NCBI GenBank assembly: GCA_021784815.1
Contig: JAJYHK010000005.1
Span: forward strand, 25,917 to 89,916
DNA: 64,000 nt
Direction of reading: 5' to 3'
Origin: a bacterium
GTDB taxonomy: Bacteria; Patescibacteriota; Minisyncoccia; Phycocordibacterales; Phycocordibacteraceae
Below, one piece after another: positions 30,734 to 40,997 of the stretch. A program made the translations under genes and the position numbers. The notes under the pieces were generated by a model that worked only from the letters and a program-made list of their open reading frames with translations, was not told where the DNA came from and did no database searches. Each line of letters starts with the position of its first letter. Position 1 is the stretch's first letter.

Positions 30734-31225
30734 ATGACAACGGACTACACGCCGCAACCAGGAGACCGCGTCACCACGCGTCTGATTGGAACCGACAAAC
30801 TAGTCGGACTCGGCACCTGCGCCGGCATCTTGCCGACGGGAGATTACCTGACCGCTATTCTCCTCGACTCAGGGCTCATAGCCCTCGTCGACACCCAAAT
30901 CTCGGTGGAACCTGCTCCGCCGGACAGCACGAAAGTTCAACCTCGGTTACTGCTGATCGAGAGATTCGTTCGTCGGTTCAGCTTGAATGGAGACCAGCTT
31001 TCGTACCACGGCGTAACCCTCAAGCCCGGCATAGTTGCTATCTCAGGTCTCCGCTCCATGATGTTCGGCCACGAAATGAAGCTGGCAGCCGAGTTGCCTT
31101 ACGGCGGCTATTTCCTCGTGATTGAAGCGGGCCTTCCGCTTCTCGATATCGCCGAAGACATCCGTGCACGGCCAGACGACAACCTGCTTGCCGGAAACGA
31201 TCCCGGACCGCGCCTGTTAGCCTGA
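30734..31225 (+). CDS. Hypothetical protein
   Basis: AAAGGAG SD before the ATG; no recognised motif. Confidence 0.55.
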   Translation: MTTDYTPQPGDRVTTRLIGTDKLVGLGTCAGILPTGDYLTAILLDSGLIALVDTQISVEPAPPDSTKVQPRLLLIERFVRRFSLNGDQLSYHGVTLKPGIVAISGLRSMMFGHEMKLAAELPYGGYFLVIEAGLPLLDIAEDIRARPDDNLLAGNDPGPRLLA

Positions 31226-31328
31226 TCGCCGTTTCAGCGCGCCGAGAGCATTCTGCTCTCGTCGCGCTGGGCGGCGGTTTTTCATGCCGAAATATCCAAG
31301 GCACGCGCGGGGTATATACTCGTAATCG

Positions 31329-31889
31329 ATGGCAGCCGAGCCGTACGACCCCTCCGATGAAGCGCTCGCCGCCCTCGTGCAAAAAAACGATCATGCCGCG
31401 TTCGCGCTTCTCATGGACCGCTACCAGCCGAAGCTCCTGCGCTACGGACGGCGCTTTCTCGCACAGCAAGAACCGATCGACGATGCGGTGCAAGACGTCT
31501 TTCTCAAGGTATATCAAAATATCCAGAGCTACGACGCGCAGCGCCCGTTCGCGCCCTGGATCTACCGCATCGCCCATAACGTCTTCACAAACGAGCTCCG
31601 GCGGAAGAGCCGCAAACCGCTTGTTACGCTCGATCTCGATATGCTCTCGGCGCACACCGCATACGAGATCGACCCGGCCGGTGAAGAGGAGCAGCGCCAG
31701 GTGGAAACGCTTATCAACCGAGGACTCGATGCACTACCTTCGCGATACCGCGAAGTCACGGTCCTACACTATATCGAAAACCTCAGCTATCAGGAGATCG
31801 CTGACGTGCTCCATGTCCCGGTCGGCACGGTGGGCATCCGCCTCTACCGGGCACGCCAAGTCCTGAAAAAATATGTCGAACAATCCTGA
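31329..31889 (+). CDS. ECF RNA polymerase sigma factor
   Basis: DAVQDVFLK, FAPWIYRIAHN, SYQEIA..GTV. Confidence 0.92.
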   Translation: MAAEPYDPSDEALAALVQKNDHAAFALLMDRYQPKLLRYGRRFLAQQEPIDDAVQDVFLKVYQNIQSYDAQRPFAPWIYRIAHNVFTNELRRKSRKPLVTLDLDMLSAHTAYEIDPAGEEEQRQVETLINRGLDALPSRYREVTVLHYIENLSYQEIADVLHVPVGTVGIRLYRARQVLKKYVEQS

Positions 31890-32592
31890 CATCAAAGCCA
31901 GAGTGTTCGAAAAGATCCGCAGCGGCGAAGTGTCCATGCGTCCGCGCTTCCTCTTCACCCTGCGCGTCATCGGCACTGCTACGCTCGCGCTCCTTGCGCT
32001 CCTCGTGGCGATCTTTACGCTCAGCTTCGTCGTCTTCAGCGTGCATGAGAGCGGCGAACAGTTCCTCCTCGGGTTCGGCGCGCGCGGCCTCGCCACCTTC
32101 GCTGCGATCTTCCCCTGGCTACCGCTCATCGTGGCTGTCGCACTTCTCTTCGTGCTCGAAGCGCTTCTCCACACGTTCACCTTTGGCTACCGCGTGCCAC
32201 TCTTGCGCATTTTCCTCTGGGTACTCCTTGCCGCGGCGGCCGGTACCTTTCTTGTTGGCCTCACTTCGGTACACTCGTACCTCCTCGATCGCGCTGACCA
32301 CGATGAGCTTCCGGTTCTCGGACCACTCTACGAGCGTATCCACGACGTCCACACGCAGCAAGGTGTCTACCGCGGCATGATCACGGCGTTTACCAACACC
32401 GGATTCATCCTTGCACACGACGACGTTGATCGTGATGCCGATGAGAGCTCGTGGCAAATCATTCCGCCGCACAGATTCGCAACGAGCACGCTTTCGATCG
32501 GCGAGCGCGTGTATGTGGCCGGGAGATTTGCGAATGGTTTCGTATACGCGTACGGCATCCAGTCGCTTGCACAGCGCTCCGTTTCGCAATAG
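31873..32592 (+). CDS. Putative membrane anti-sigma factor
   Basis: Overlaps the sigma gene; 3 TM plus external beta domain; paralog of 50098-50967. Confidence 0.65.
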   Translation: MSNNPDIKARVFEKIRSGEVSMRPRFLFTLRVIGTATLALLALLVAIFTLSFVVFSVHESGEQFLLGFGARGLATFAAIFPWLPLIVAVALLFVLEALLHTFTFGYRVPLLRIFLWVLLAAAAGTFLVGLTSVHSYLLDRADHDELPVLGPLYERIHDVHTQQGVYRGMITAFTNTGFILAHDDVDRDADESSWQIIPPHRFATSTLSIGERVYVAGRFANGFVYAYGIQSLAQRSVSQ

Positions 32593-32640
32593 TTCCGCAC
32601 CGGTAGGTGAAATAAACAGCCCCGTTTAGTGTATCTAGAG

Positions 32641-33444
32641 ATGATGGTACTCGCTGGGATCGAAAAAAGAGCACTCAAATCGGCACAGTCTTTGCGCGAG
32701 ACGCAGCTCATCATGGGCATGCCGATAACCGTGGAATTAGTCGGTCACCGACCTGATCGCGAGGCGATGCTCGCCGACACGTTCGCGCACTTCACTGCGA
32801 TCGACGAGCAGTTCAGCACCTATAAAGGGACGAGCGAGATCTCGCGCTTTAATCGCGGCGAATGCACTGAAGCCGAACTTTCGCCTGATCTGCGGAAAAT
32901 CTTTGCCCTGGGCGAGACGACAAGGCTCGAGACGAGGGGATTTTTCGATATGCGCCGCCCCGATGGCTTGATCGACCCTTCCGGCATCGTGAAGGGCTGG
33001 GCAATCCGGAATGCCGCCGAAGCGCTCCGCGCGCGCGGCTTCGATAACTTTTATGTGGAAGCGGGCGGCGACATCCAGACCGCCGGTATCGATGCCCGCG
33101 GTCTTCCGTGGGCGATTGGCATCCGCAGCCCCTTTGCCGTCCATGAAATCGTGAAAGTGCTCTTCCCCCGCGGCAAGGGCGTAGCGACCTCGGGCACGTC
33201 GATTCGCGGCCAGCACATCTACGATCCACACGCGCCGAGCATGCCGCTTACTGAGGTTGTAAGCCTCACGGTCATCGGTCCCGATATACTTGAGGCTGAC
33301 CGCTTCGCAACTGCCGCTTTCGCAATGGGCAGCGCGGGCATCGGCTTCATCGAGCGGCTCGACGGGTTCGAGGGTTACGAGATTCAAGCGAACGGCATGG
33401 CGCGCGCCACGACAGGATTCGCGCAGTTAACCGCGACCGAGTAG
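32641..33444 (+). CDS. apbE: FAD:protein FMN transferase
   Basis: MGMP, GIVKGW, GGDI, ATSG, HIYDP, ADRFATA. Confidence 0.92.
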   Translation: MMVLAGIEKRALKSAQSLRETQLIMGMPITVELVGHRPDREAMLADTFAHFTAIDEQFSTYKGTSEISRFNRGECTEAELSPDLRKIFALGETTRLETRGFFDMRRPDGLIDPSGIVKGWAIRNAAEALRARGFDNFYVEAGGDIQTAGIDARGLPWAIGIRSPFAVHEIVKVLFPRGKGVATSGTSIRGQHIYDPHAPSMPLTEVVSLTVIGPDILEADRFATAAFAMGSAGIGFIERLDGFEGYEIQANGMARATTGFAQLTATE

Positions 33445-33470
33445 CAATTATTACGCGTAAAACCGCAGCT

Positions 33471-34193
33471 ATGAATAATGCAAATCTTACCAACTACGTA
33501 CAGCAGCGGCGCGCCGCCGGAATAAACGACGATGCCATTCGCCGAAGCCTTCTCGCGAAGGGCTGGCACCCGGACGAAATCGATGAGGCGCTCGGGCTAC
33601 GCCTTGCCGCACTTTCCGTCGGCCCTTCAGCTCGTCCGCAGCGCATGAGGTCGAAGATCGCGCTCATGCTCGCCCTCGCCGGTATCACAGGCGTGTACGC
33701 GCTCTGGCAGGTATTTGGCACGAACACCTCCGCCGCCGCAGTCCTTCCGCTATCGGCAGCGACGCAACAGCCCGCACAAACACAATCGCAGCCGCAACAG
33801 TCAACAACGGTTCACAACGCCACTGAACCCTCCTCCGCGCCGTCAAGCAATACCGCTCCGTCCCAAACGGCAACTGCGCCTGCCGCTCCGCCTAAACCAA
33901 AAGGCCAATACGCCGATGGCATTTACACCGGATCGGTCGCAAACGCCTACTACGGCAACGTGCAGGTACAGGCAATCATCCAGGGCGGCAAGATCGCGAA
34001 CGTGAAGTTCCTTCAGTACCCGTACACGCACTCGGCCTCGATGTACATCAACCAACAGGCGATGCCCTACCTCACCCAGGAAGCGATCCAGGCGCAGAGT
34101 GCTAACGTAAGCGGCGTCTCGGGCGCTACCTTCACGAGCGAGGCGTTCGCGCAGTCGCTTTCTTCGGCGCTCAATAAGGCTAAGAACGCCTAA
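33471..34193 (+). CDS. Membrane-anchored FMN-binding (flavinylated) protein
   Basis: DGIYTG, YGNVQV, VSGATFTS flavinylation motif. Confidence 0.88.
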   Translation: MNNANLTNYVQQRRAAGINDDAIRRSLLAKGWHPDEIDEALGLRLAALSVGPSARPQRMRSKIALMLALAGITGVYALWQVFGTNTSAAAVLPLSAATQQPAQTQSQPQQSTTVHNATEPSSAPSSNTAPSQTATAPAAPPKPKGQYADGIYTGSVANAYYGNVQVQAIIQGGKIANVKFLQYPYTHSASMYINQQAMPYLTQEAIQAQSANVSGVSGATFTSEAFAQSLSSALNKAKNA

Positions 34194-34213
34194 CGATTCC
34201 CCTCGCTCCGTCC

Positions 34214-35728
34214 ATGCTCACCGCCATTGACGACCTTCTTAACAAGGTCACGATGTACCGCCTTGTGCTGTATGTGCTTTCGGCGCTCCTCATCGTGGCC
34301 GCGCTGTTCGGATTCGTCGGCATCCTGCCGACGAATCCGGGCGATCTCGCCTTCTCAACCGCGATTCTCATTGGAGCAAGTTGGGTCACGAACACACTGT
34401 TTGCCAAAATCTTCCACGCCGCTACAAACGTCGAGTCGGTGTACATTACCGCGCTCATCCTCGCGCTCATCATGGCGCCGATCGCTCCGACGAGCTACCT
34501 CGGCGTCGCGGCGCTCGTCATTGCGGCAGCGTGGGCGATGGCATCGAAGTACCTCTTTGCCATCAACAAGAAGCACCTCTTCAATCCGGCGGCATTCGGC
34601 GTGGTCTTTTCCGCTTTTGTGCTTGGCGTGCCGGCGACGTGGTGGGTCGGCGGGACAGTCGCGCTCCTTCCTTTCGTCGCGATTGGCGGGTTCCTCATCG
34701 TGCGCAAGATCCGCCGCTTTGATCTCGTAATTGCCTTCGGCGTTGTCGCGCTTGTTACCGCGGTGCTCACTGGGGGCGCGAGTGCGGGCACGTCTATTCT
34801 CCAGACCCTCCTCCACTCCCCGATCTTCTTCTTCGCGGGCGTCATGCTCATCGAGCCGCTCACCATTCCGAGCGATCGGCGGCATCGGATCATCTACGGC
34901 GCCCTGGTCGGCTTCCTCTTCGCGCCGAACATCCACATTGGCTCCCTCTATACCACCCCGGAACTCGCGCTCCTCATCGGTAACCTCTACGCCTACCTCG
35001 CGAGCCCGAAAGGTCGCTTCATGCTCGAGCTCGTCGGACGCTCGCACCTGAGTGACAACACCTACGAGTTTCATTTCGCGAGCGACGGTCCTGTGCCGTT
35101 TATGCCGGGCCAGTACATCGAGTGGACCCTGCCGCACGACAACCCCGACAACCGCGGCAACCGCCGCTACTTTACTATCTCTTCTGCCCCGAACGACCCG
35201 GTCGTCAGCCTCGGCGTAAAGTTCTACAACCCCGCGAGCACCTTCAAGCGCGCACTCGCGCAGATGCAGCCGCACGATACGCTTTCGGTCTCGCATATCG
35301 CAGGCGACTTCACGCTCCCGCGCAACAAAAAGCGCAAGCTCGTTTTCATTGCCGGCGGCATCGGCGTCACACCCTTCGCAAGCATGGTGCGCCACATGCT
35401 TGTCCAAAAGGACGCGCGCACGGCCGTACTCTTCTACGCGAACCGCACCAAAAACGACATCGCGTACAAAGAGGTGTTCGACCAGGCGGCCCGCGAGCTC
35501 GGCTTGAAAACGATTTATGCGCTCTCGAATGAGCCCGCGCCGCCGCACGGCATGTACCGGGGCGTCATTGATGCCGACCTCATCCGCCGCGAAGTGCCGG
35601 ATTTTGCCGAGCGCACGTTTTACCTCTCAGGGCCGCACGGTATGGTCGATAGTTTCAAGCACGCTTTGCGCGAGATGGGCGTCCCGCGCCATCGCATTAA
35701 GATCGACTATTTCCCCGGATACGCGTAG
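34214..35728 (+). CDS. RnfD/NqrB-like membrane domain fused to a ferredoxin-NADP reductase-like domain
   Basis: KHLFNPAA, EPLT; then PGQY, RYFTISS, AGGIGVTPF. Confidence 0.88.
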   Translation: MLTAIDDLLNKVTMYRLVLYVLSALLIVAALFGFVGILPTNPGDLAFSTAILIGASWVTNTLFAKIFHAATNVESVYITALILALIMAPIAPTSYLGVAALVIAAAWAMASKYLFAINKKHLFNPAAFGVVFSAFVLGVPATWWVGGTVALLPFVAIGGFLIVRKIRRFDLVIAFGVVALVTAVLTGGASAGTSILQTLLHSPIFFFAGVMLIEPLTIPSDRRHRIIYGALVGFLFAPNIHIGSLYTTPELALLIGNLYAYLASPKGRFMLELVGRSHLSDNTYEFHFASDGPVPFMPGQYIEWTLPHDNPDNRGNRRYFTISSAPNDPVVSLGVKFYNPASTFKRALAQMQPHDTLSVSHIAGDFTLPRNKKRKLVFIAGGIGVTPFASMVRHMLVQKDARTAVLFYANRTKNDIAYKEVFDQAARELGLKTIYALSNEPAPPHGMYRGVIDADLIRREVPDFAERTFYLSGPHGMVDSFKHALREMGVPRHRIKIDYFPGYA

Positions 35729-35760
35729 AAACCCGCGGCCCCCTTCAGGGCCGCGGGTTT

Positions 35761-35934
35761 CTAAAACGCGCCCGTCGCCTTCGCGAGCTTGAAGGCGAGC
35801 CAGATGCCAGCGATGCCGCCGATGCCGCCCCAGACGAGATAGCTCACTATGCCGCCGCCCCAGAGATACGGAAGCGCGCCGCCCACGGTCGAGCCGATCA
35901 TCATTCCCCACCACACCATTTTCTTACCATCCAT
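35761..35934 (-). CDS. Small Gly-rich membrane protein
   Basis: 57 aa with two hydrophobic Gly-rich helices; TATACT upstream. Confidence 0.65.
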   Translation of the reverse strand: MDGKKMVWWGMMIGSTVGGALPYLWGGGIVSYLVWGGIGGIAGIWLAFKLAKATGAF

Positions 35935-35966
35935 ATTGCTAGTATAAGGGTACCGCGCCCCTCGCC

Positions 35967-36767
35967 ATGTCCGCAACGCTCATCACGCTCGCGCAGTACG
36001 GAGCCCTCGCGTTCGGGCTCTCGTGCCTTGTTGCGGGCGTTCTTCTTCGCCTCTTGCACCCAAAGCGCTTTTACTTCGTACGGCACGGGCAGTCGATCCT
36101 CAACGCCGAGCGCGTCCGCCAGGGCGCTGATGGTGCCCTTTCCCCCAAGGGACGCGAACAGGCGGGAGAGGCGGGCCGCTTTCTTGCGCAGTTCCCGATC
36201 GAAGCGATCATCGCGAGCCCGTTCGAGCGCACCCGCGAGACGGCCGCCATCATCGAGACGTTCATCAGGGTGCCCGTAAGCTACTCGCCGCTCCTTGTCG
36301 AGCGGCGCAGCCCGAGCGAGGTGATCGGACGCTCATACGATGAGCCTGCTGTTGCGCGCATTTCCGATATCGTCGACCACGCATACCATGACGATATCTT
36401 CCGCTATTCCGACGAAGAAAACTTTCTTGATATGCGCGCTCGCGCGCGCGATTGCCTCGAGATGCTCCGGCGCGAGCGCGCGCACGAGGTCTGTGTCGTC
36501 ACGCACAGTTTCTTTCTCAAGATGCTCATCGCGTACCTGCTCTACCGCGAGCGGCTCCACGCCCGCGACTACGTGAAGCTCGCCTTCTTCAACACAGCCG
36601 ACAATGCGAGCGTGACGATCTGCGACTATCGGCCCTGGGAGCGGTTTTCAGCCACGCACGGCTGGCGCGTGATCGCCTTCAACCTCCATGCCGAAGCGCC
36701 GCCGGAACAAATGGCACCGGCTCCGCAAGTGGAGCCGGTGCCATTTGCGCCAAACGGGCGCCCTTAG
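35967..36767 (+). CDS. Histidine phosphatase family protein with N-terminal TM
   Basis: VRHGQS, SPFERTRETA, VVTH. Confidence 0.88.
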   Translation: MSATLITLAQYGALAFGLSCLVAGVLLRLLHPKRFYFVRHGQSILNAERVRQGADGALSPKGREQAGEAGRFLAQFPIEAIIASPFERTRETAAIIETFIRVPVSYSPLLVERRSPSEVIGRSYDEPAVARISDIVDHAYHDDIFRYSDEENFLDMRARARDCLEMLRRERAHEVCVVTHSFFLKMLIAYLLYRERLHARDYVKLAFFNTADNASVTICDYRPWERFSATHGWRVIAFNLHAEAPPEQMAPAPQVEPVPFAPNGRP

Positions 36768-38398
36768 AAGTCCATCCCCCCGCCCATCCCGCCCTGGACA
36801 GCCTCCTTCTTGGGCTCGGGAATATCCGTAATGGCTGCCTCGGTGGTGAGCAGGATCGCCGCGGCCGAGACCGCGTTCTCGAGCGCCATGCGCGACATTT
36901 TGGCCGGGTCGACAATACCCGCACTGAGCATGTCGTCGACAAGCTTGTCCGCCATCGCATCGTAGCCGGAATTGGCCTTGCCTGCTTGCACGCGCGAAAC
37001 GATCTCGGCCGCGTCATCCTTGCCGGCATTCATCGCGATCTGCGCGAGCGGCATTTCAAGCGCGCGCACGACGATCTCGTATCCGGTCTTTTCGTCGGCG
37101 GTCATCTTCTTGCCCGGGCTCGCGATCTTTTTCGATACCTTCGCGAACGCGGTACCGCCGCCCGGCACGATGCCCTCTTCGATCGAGGCCTTGGTCGCTT
37201 TGACCGCATCATCGATCTTGTCCTTGAGGTACTTCATCTCGGTCTCGGTCGCGGCACCAACCGAAATCACTGCCACGCCGCCCGACAGCTTCGCCGCGCG
37301 CTCCTCGTACTTCTCGCGGTCGTATTTCGACTCGGTCATTTCCGCCTGCGCCTTGAGCTGCTGCACGCGGGCAGACACGTCGGCCTTCTTGCCCTTGCCG
37401 CCGACGATGGTCGTCGCGTCTTTCGTTGCCACGACGCGCGCCGCCTTGCCAAGCATCGAGAGCGTCACGTTTTCAAAGGTGATGCCGAGATCGCTCGAGA
37501 CCACCTGGCCGCCCGTGAGCACCGCGATGTCCGCGAGCATTTCCTTCTTGCGATCGCCGTAGCCGGGCGCCTTGACCGCAAGCACACTGAAGGCGCCGCG
37601 GAGCTTATTGAGCACAAAGGTCGGGAGTGCATCGCCGTCGACGTCATCGGCGATGATGACCAACTCCTTTTTGCCGCTCTGCGCAACCTTCTCGAGAAGC
37701 GGGAGGATTTCCTGCACGCTCGAAATTTTCTTGTCGGTGATGAGGATCGATGCATCGCGCATCTCCGCCTCCATGCGCTCCGGACTCGTGACCATGTAGG
37801 CGCTCACGTATCCCTTGTCGAACTGCATGCCCTCGACGATCTCGTACGAGAGATCCATGCCCTGCGATTCCTCCACGGTCACAACACCGCTGCTGCCGAC
37901 CTTTTCAACCGCCTCGGCGATGATGCTGCCAAGCTCATCCGACTCGGCGGAAATCGAGGCGACCTGGCGTACCTCGGCCTTGCCAGAAACCGGCTTCGCC
38001 ATTTTCTTAAGTTCAGTAACCGCGGCCTCTTTGGCTTGCTCCATGCCGGAACGGATGCCCATGGCACCCGCACCCTTCATGACGTGGGAAAGGCCTTCGT
38101 TGACGAGCGCTTCGAAGAGCACGACGGTAGTGGTCGTGCCGTCGCCGGCGTTGTCGTTGGTCTTGCTCGCCACCTCCTTCACGATCTCGGCGCCGAGGTT
38201 TTCGAACTTATCGGGGAGCGAAATCTCCTTTGCGATCGAGACGCCATCGTTCGTGATACGCGGGCCACCGTACGAACGCTCAATAATCGCATTGCGGCCT
38301 TTCGGACCGAGCGTTACCTTCACGGCGCGTGCCGCCTGGGCGACGCCCTTCGCGACCGCGCTGCGCGCGTCTTCAGAAAACAGGATCTGTTTTGCCAT
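36764..38398 (-). CDS. groL: Chaperonin GroEL
   Basis: TLGPKG, GDGTTT, GGM tail. Confidence 0.98.
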   Translation of the reverse strand: MAKQILFSEDARSAVAKGVAQAARAVKVTLGPKGRNAIIERSYGGPRITNDGVSIAKEISLPDKFENLGAEIVKEVASKTNDNAGDGTTTTVVLFEALVNEGLSHVMKGAGAMGIRSGMEQAKEAAVTELKKMAKPVSGKAEVRQVASISAESDELGSIIAEAVEKVGSSGVVTVEESQGMDLSYEIVEGMQFDKGYVSAYMVTSPERMEAEMRDASILITDKKISSVQEILPLLEKVAQSGKKELVIIADDVDGDALPTFVLNKLRGAFSVLAVKAPGYGDRKKEMLADIAVLTGGQVVSSDLGITFENVTLSMLGKAARVVATKDATTIVGGKGKKADVSARVQQLKAQAEMTESKYDREKYEERAAKLSGGVAVISVGAATETEMKYLKDKIDDAVKATKASIEEGIVPGGGTAFAKVSKKIASPGKKMTADEKTGYEIVVRALEMPLAQIAMNAGKDDAAEIVSRVQAGKANSGYDAMADKLVDDMLSAGIVDPAKMSRMALENAVSAAAILLTTEAAITDIPEPKKEAVQGGMGGGMDF

Positions 38399-38410
38399 TC
38401 TTTTCGTGGG

Positions 38411-38722
38411 TTAGCCGGTAATAACCGCGAGAACACTCGATTCGGATAGCACGTAGTACTCTTCGTCATCGATCTTTATCTCGTCGTAGCCGTACTTGCT
38501 AAAGAGTACTTTCTCTCCGACCTTGACCTGCATCGGAACGAGCGTGCCTTGTTCGTATTTACCCGGCCCGACCGCTACGATCGTGCCCTGGGCCGGCCGT
38601 TCCTTGCCGGAGGTATCCGCCGGAATGATGATGCCCGACGCAAGCTTCTTCTCGCCCTCTTTCTCCGCGGGCTTGACAATTACCCTATCGCCCAGCGGAG
38701 TCAATGCTGGTTTCTTCGCCAT
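38411..38722 (-). CDS. groS: Co-chaperonin GroES
   Basis: PLGDRV, GIIIP, VAVGPG. Confidence 0.97.
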   Translation of the reverse strand: MAKKPALTPLGDRVIVKPAEKEGEKKLASGIIIPADTSGKERPAQGTIVAVGPGKYEQGTLVPMQVKVGEKVLFSKYGYDEIKIDDEEYYVLSESSVLAVITG

Positions 38723-38920
38723 AGCCGTATGTAAACAGAATTAGCTTGTAAAAGCGCGGGTGCGCCTGTCGAGTATATGAAGCAGCGAAGATTGTTGTCA
38801 ACAGAGCGCGAATTTCTGCGAAAACGGCTTCTTTGGAACGACACCTCCATAGAGCACCGACGCGCGCATCAAAAGACGTAAGGGCGACCGAGCTATGGCT
38901 CGATCGCCCTTGTGTTGCTC

Positions 38921-40513
38921 TCACTCCCGCAGGAGGGCGGTCTCCTCCTTTTCCGGATCGAGATCCTCATCCCGACGCAGGATCTCCCAAAGCCGAGATT
39001 GATCCTGGTCCGGATTTCCGAAGAACACTCTGAGGCGTTCTTGCTCGCGCACGAGCATGCGCCAACGCATGTGAGTCAGACCAATGAGCCGATCGTGCTT
39101 CTTGGAGCCGGGAGAAATCCCGGACACCGAGAGCCCATTACCATCTTCGCTAATGACCCCCGCACGCTGCAGAATCGCCACGGCCGTATTCACGCGGTCC
39201 AAGTACGAGGCCTTGAACTTGACCTGGCTATTCTCGATCCTGAGGCGCATGTAATCGAGGAAGGAACGAATGTTGTACTTCCGACCTTCCGAGCGAGTCC
39301 GATTCGCCAAAACACGTACCAGATTCCTATGCACCACCTCCACAAAGTCGTAGGTCGGCGCACCCCACTTAGCCCTTTCTGCTTGACGTCCGAAGCCGTC
39401 TCCCTCGAGACAAAACGTCGTGCACAGGGCTGGCAGACCGTCGCGGCCCGCGCGCCCGATCTGCTGGGCGTAGTCGATTAAAGTGGGCGGTACCTGGTAG
39501 TGAATGACTTGCCGGACATCCGGACGACTCACGCCCATTCCAAATGCCGTAGTGGCAAACACGATGGGACGCTTGTCGTTCAAGAAGCCTCTCAGTACGG
39601 ACTGTTTATCCTCGTACGGGAGCCCGGCGTGGTACAGGTACGTTGAGTATCCGCGCGTCCGCGCGACCCAGCGCCCCGCTTCCTGCTGCATGCGCGCAAA
39701 GGCCTGATACGCTCCGTCGCGAGAAGCACAGTAGACGATGACCGGGCCCACATACCCCTCTTGAAGGAGCTGGAGGAGTCGGCTGAATCGCTTCCGTCCA
39801 AGGATGACCGGGTGATCCTCGACCGATGCAGGAAACTCGACCTTAAGTGTCAGGTTCGGCCGCATTGGATCCGCCTCTACCGTGAGGAAACCCGGACGGA
39901 GCGGAATGCGCCGCCGGATGTCCTGCTTAATTTTCGGATCCACCGTAGCAGTGAAGGCCGAGCAGTGCGGAATCCGCAACCTCCTGACCGCTACCCGAAT
40001 ACGCTGGTAATCAGGACGGAAAGCATCTCCCCACGTGCTTACGCAGTGGGCTTCATCAACCGCAATCCGGTCAAAGCCGACCCCGTCGAATCGACTATGG
40101 AACGCTTCGGTAAGAAGTTGCTCCGGTGACAGGTACAGGAAGCTCGCCTCGCCTTTCGGCGCGGTGGCGTAGTAGTAGTGAACTGCTTGTCTGCGCGGAC
40201 CCGGCAAGTCCGAGTGCAAGGCAAACGCTTTCACTCCACGAGTGCGGAGCGACTGCACCTGATCGTCCTGGAGAGCAATCAGGGGCGATACAACGAGCGT
40301 TTTTGCTCCGGTTACGATGCCGGGGACATGGAAACAGGCAGACTTGCCGCCGCCCGTTGGCAGAACCCCGAGGACATCTCGGCCGAAAATGCTCGCGCGA
40401 ATGAGTTGTTCTTGCTTTCTGGAGAACTGCTTGAATCCGAACAGCTGGAGGGCACCCCGCAGCTGCTCGTCGACAGGACCTTCGTTGAAGGGTTCGGCAA
40501 GTGTTGCTTGCAT
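38921..40513 (-). CDS. RecQ-family helicase with an atypical C-terminus
   Basis: PTGGGKS, DEAHC, WGDAFRPDY, AFGMGV, QQIGRAGRDG. No evident Zn/RQC cysteine cluster or HRDC. Confidence 0.85.
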   Translation of the reverse strand: MQATLAEPFNEGPVDEQLRGALQLFGFKQFSRKQEQLIRASIFGRDVLGVLPTGGGKSACFHVPGIVTGAKTLVVSPLIALQDDQVQSLRTRGVKAFALHSDLPGPRRQAVHYYYATAPKGEASFLYLSPEQLLTEAFHSRFDGVGFDRIAVDEAHCVSTWGDAFRPDYQRIRVAVRRLRIPHCSAFTATVDPKIKQDIRRRIPLRPGFLTVEADPMRPNLTLKVEFPASVEDHPVILGRKRFSRLLQLLQEGYVGPVIVYCASRDGAYQAFARMQQEAGRWVARTRGYSTYLYHAGLPYEDKQSVLRGFLNDKRPIVFATTAFGMGVSRPDVRQVIHYQVPPTLIDYAQQIGRAGRDGLPALCTTFCLEGDGFGRQAERAKWGAPTYDFVEVVHRNLVRVLANRTRSEGRKYNIRSFLDYMRLRIENSQVKFKASYLDRVNTAVAILQRAGVISEDGNGLSVSGISPGSKKHDRLIGLTHMRWRMLVREQERLRVFFGNPDQDQSRLWEILRRDEDLDPEKEETALLRE

Positions 40514-40757
40514 GGGGCTGTTCCTTCCAGCTCGGTTTCGTCTCAGTTTATTATGCAGGAGAAATATGCCGCCCGTCAAGTTTTGGGCTGGTAGTAAGCG
40601 AAGCAACCGATTCTGAAGGCCGATTGTTACAGGTGCCATACTGGCGACTCTCGTTTTGCCGATTAGACTCCGATTCGCTTCGGTTTCCTGTCCTATATCG
40701 CGGAATCCGCTGCTTCTTGCGTGCGTGGCGTAGCCCGTGCTATCCTGTGTCTCACAG

Positions 40758-40997
40758 ATGGAGGCATTCGTATTGGCATTGCCCTACGCGGAAATTGTCC
40801 TCTCTATCCTCCTTATCGTCGGCATCGTGCTCCAGCAGCGCGGCGCGACCCTAGGCGGGGCCTTTGGAGGCGACAATTTCGCATCAACATTCTACAAGCG
40901 CCGTGGCGCCGAGAAGTTTTTGTTCAATGCGACGATAGGCGTCGCCGTACTGCTCGTCCTTGCGGCAATCGCCAACTTCCTTCTGGTAGGGTCATGA
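40758..40997 (+). CDS. secG: Preprotein translocase SecG
   Basis: VLQQRG..LGGAFGG..RRGAEKFL. Confidence 0.9.
   Translation: MEAFVLALPYAEIVLSILLIVGIVLQQRGATLGGAFGGDNFASTFYKRRGAEKFLFNATIGVAVLLVLAAIANFLLVGS

Noticed and set aside
36452-38449. Long antisense ORFs (665 aa here; also 15163-16599, 8975-10186, 43453-44778)
   Set aside because: They are shadows of GC-rich genes (groL, ligA, aspS, rnj) on the opposite strand.
38723-38920. CIRCE operator upstream of groES
   Set aside because: No TTAGCACTC-N9-GAGTGCTAA match is seen.
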